Of a stretch of 64,000 bases of DNA, positions 62,533-64,000 are shown piece after piece (the first letter of the stretch is position 1; every line of letters begins with the position of its first letter). The stretch spans positions 32,001 through 96,000 of the forward strand of contig JASFYR010000014.1 in assembly GCA_045047115.1 (NCBI GenBank), given 5' to 3'. Both the position numbers and the translations under genes were made by a program. The stretch is from Sulfurospirillum sp. GTDB lineage: Bacteria > Campylobacterota > Campylobacteria > Campylobacterales > Sulfurospirillaceae. The notes below the pieces were generated by a model that was not told the origin of the DNA, ran no database searches, and saw only the letters and a program-made list of their open reading frames with translations.

Positions 62533-63593
62533 ACTTAGATAAGTATAGAAAAGAGATAGACGATATAGACGATAAAATTTTAAAGCTCTTAAATAAAAGG
62601 ATGGTGGCTGTTAAAACTATCGGAGATTTAAAAAATACAACGGGAACAGCTATATATAGACCAGAAAGAGAAAGAGAGATTTTAGATAGGCTTAAGTCAC
62701 ACAATGATGGCTATTTAAATGATGCTGCGATTGATGCGATATTTCAAGAGGTATTTGCAGTCAGTAGAAATATAGAGCTCCCAGAAAACATAGCCTATCT
62801 TGGACCCGAGGGTAGTTTTACCCATCAAGTTGCACAGAGTAGATTTGGTGCCATGGGCAGATATATAGGACTAAATTCGATAGAGGCGGTTTTTTCGGTT
62901 CTTGAGAATACAGAAGCAAAATACGGAGTGGTTCCCATAGAAAATAATACGGAAGGTGCCGTTGGAATCACACTTGATTGTTTGGGTAAATACAGTGCAA
63001 AGATAGTTGCAGAGATATATATGGATATTCATCACTCTTTTGCAACAACATGTGAAAGTCTCAAAGATGTCAGTAGGATTTACTCTCATCCTCAAGGTTA
63101 TAACCAATGTAGAAAATTTTTAGATGAGCATTTTCTAAATGCTGTTGAGTTTGTAGCGACAAAATCAACAGCTCAAGCTGCAAAATTGGCAAGGGATGAT
63201 AAAAACAGTGCGGCAATATGTTCACATATAGCTGCAAAATTATATAAAGTTCCGATTCTTTTTTCAAAGATAGAGGATAATTTGGCAAATAAGACAAGAT
63301 TTTTAATTTTGAGTGATTTTAAAAATGCCAAGTCAGACAAAAGTAAAACTTCTATTTTAGCAAAGACTGCCAATAAGCCCGGTGGTTTGGTAGAGTTTTT
63401 GCAGACATTTCAAAGAAACAGAGTAAATCTGACCAAGATAGAGTCTCGCCCAACAAAAGAGAGAGGTTTTAAAACGGTTTTTTATCTCGATTTTGAGGGG
63501 CATATTGACGATAAAAATGTGCAGGATATTATAGAAGAAAATAGAGACAGTCATGAAATAATCTGGCTGGGAAGCTATGTAAATGGAGAGTAA
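62529..63593 (+). CDS. pheA: Chorismate mutase / prephenate dehydratase
   Basis: R..ID.ID, LGPEGSF, PIENNTEG, N.TRF, IESRP. Confidence 0.96.
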   Translation: MNLDKYRKEIDDIDDKILKLLNKRMVAVKTIGDLKNTTGTAIYRPEREREILDRLKSHNDGYLNDAAIDAIFQEVFAVSRNIELPENIAYLGPEGSFTHQVAQSRFGAMGRYIGLNSIEAVFSVLENTEAKYGVVPIENNTEGAVGITLDCLGKYSAKIVAEIYMDIHHSFATTCESLKDVSRIYSHPQGYNQCRKFLDEHFLNAVEFVATKSTAQAAKLARDDKNSAAICSHIAAKLYKVPILFSKIEDNLANKTRFLILSDFKNAKSDKSKTSILAKTANKPGGLVEFLQTFQRNRVNLTKIESRPTKERGFKTVFYLDFEGHIDDKNVQDIIEENRDSHEIIWLGSYVNGE

Positions 63594-63594
63594 A

Positions 63595-64000
63595 ATGAGA
63601 TATAACACTGTTTTGGACAATCTAAAGATATATGAAGCAGGGAAGCCTATAGAGTTGGTTGTGCGAGAGTATGGCGTGGATGAAAAAGATATTATTAAAC
63701 TCGCGAGCAATGAAAATCCTCGGGGTTGCAGCAAAATGGTTCAAGATGCAGTATGTAAAGATGTCTCAAAGATGAACCTCTATCCAGACGACAGTATGTA
63801 TGAATTAAAAGACAGGCTCGCTAACAGATTTGGTGTGCAAAGTAAAAATTTGATAATTGGTGCGGGAAGTGACCAAATTATCTCTTTTGGCGTGCAAGCA
63901 AAAGCAAATGCTAACAATAAAGTTTTGATGGCGAAAACTACTTTCGCGATGTATGAGATATATGCAAGACAGACCGGAACCACTATACTTAAAACTTCTT
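63595..64000 (+). CDS. hisC: Histidinol-phosphate aminotransferase (runs off the window)
   Basis: Manual translation MRYNTVLDNLKIYEAGKPIE...KLASNENP...YPD...GAGSDQII. Confidence 0.93.
   Translation, partial: MRYNTVLDNLKIYEAGKPIELVVREYGVDEKDIIKLASNENPRGCSKMVQDAVCKDVSKMNLYPDDSMYELKDRLANRFGVQSKNLIIGAGSDQIISFGVQAKANANNKVLMAKTTFAMYEIYARQTGTTILKTS

Noticed and set aside
1..64000. tRNA/rRNA genes, prophage, selenoprotein read-through
   Set aside because: I recognised no such signatures by eye. tRNAscan-SE and cmscan were not run.

Overview
AT-rich chromosomal segment from a Campylobacterota (Epsilonproteobacteria) bacterium, probably a free-living Sulfurospirillum-like organism (inferred from gene order and protein sequences). 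The backbone is housekeeping and, from my recollection, matches Campylobacter gene order: aminotransferase-hom-YraN-trxA-trxB-dapB-purF; DUF2393 pair-hisIE-SPFH-ilvE; bcp; queH-fabZ-lpxA-clpX-mreBC-carB; tcdA-surE; lpxB-greA-argC-lpxH-cheVAW; serB-tal; rplY-pth-lptG-lysA-HAD-pheA-hisC. Three accessory blocks interrupt it. (1) About 12.0-21.3 kb holds signalling genes and a periplasmic MsrA-thioredoxin-MsrB operon with a structured RNA in front of its response regulator. (2) About 21.9-25.4 kb is a decayed island: an IS21 end abutting an IS256 remnant, an antitoxin with a truncated RelE/ParE toxin, a pseudogene, an attC-like site, and an R-M controller (C) gene with C-boxes and a truncated downstream gene. 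(3) About 37.6-47.7 kb includes a 2.2-kb segment bracketed by a perfect 16-bp inverted repeat. That segment holds the 3' end (domains V-VI) of a group II intron directly upstream of an intact cfa gene, followed by IS256 and IS4 debris. I saw no tRNA, rRNA or CRISPR array. I cannot demonstrate a wholly new system. The best candidates are the intron-D5/D6+cfa module, the attC/C-box cassette remnant, and the Msr operon with its possible RNA switch.
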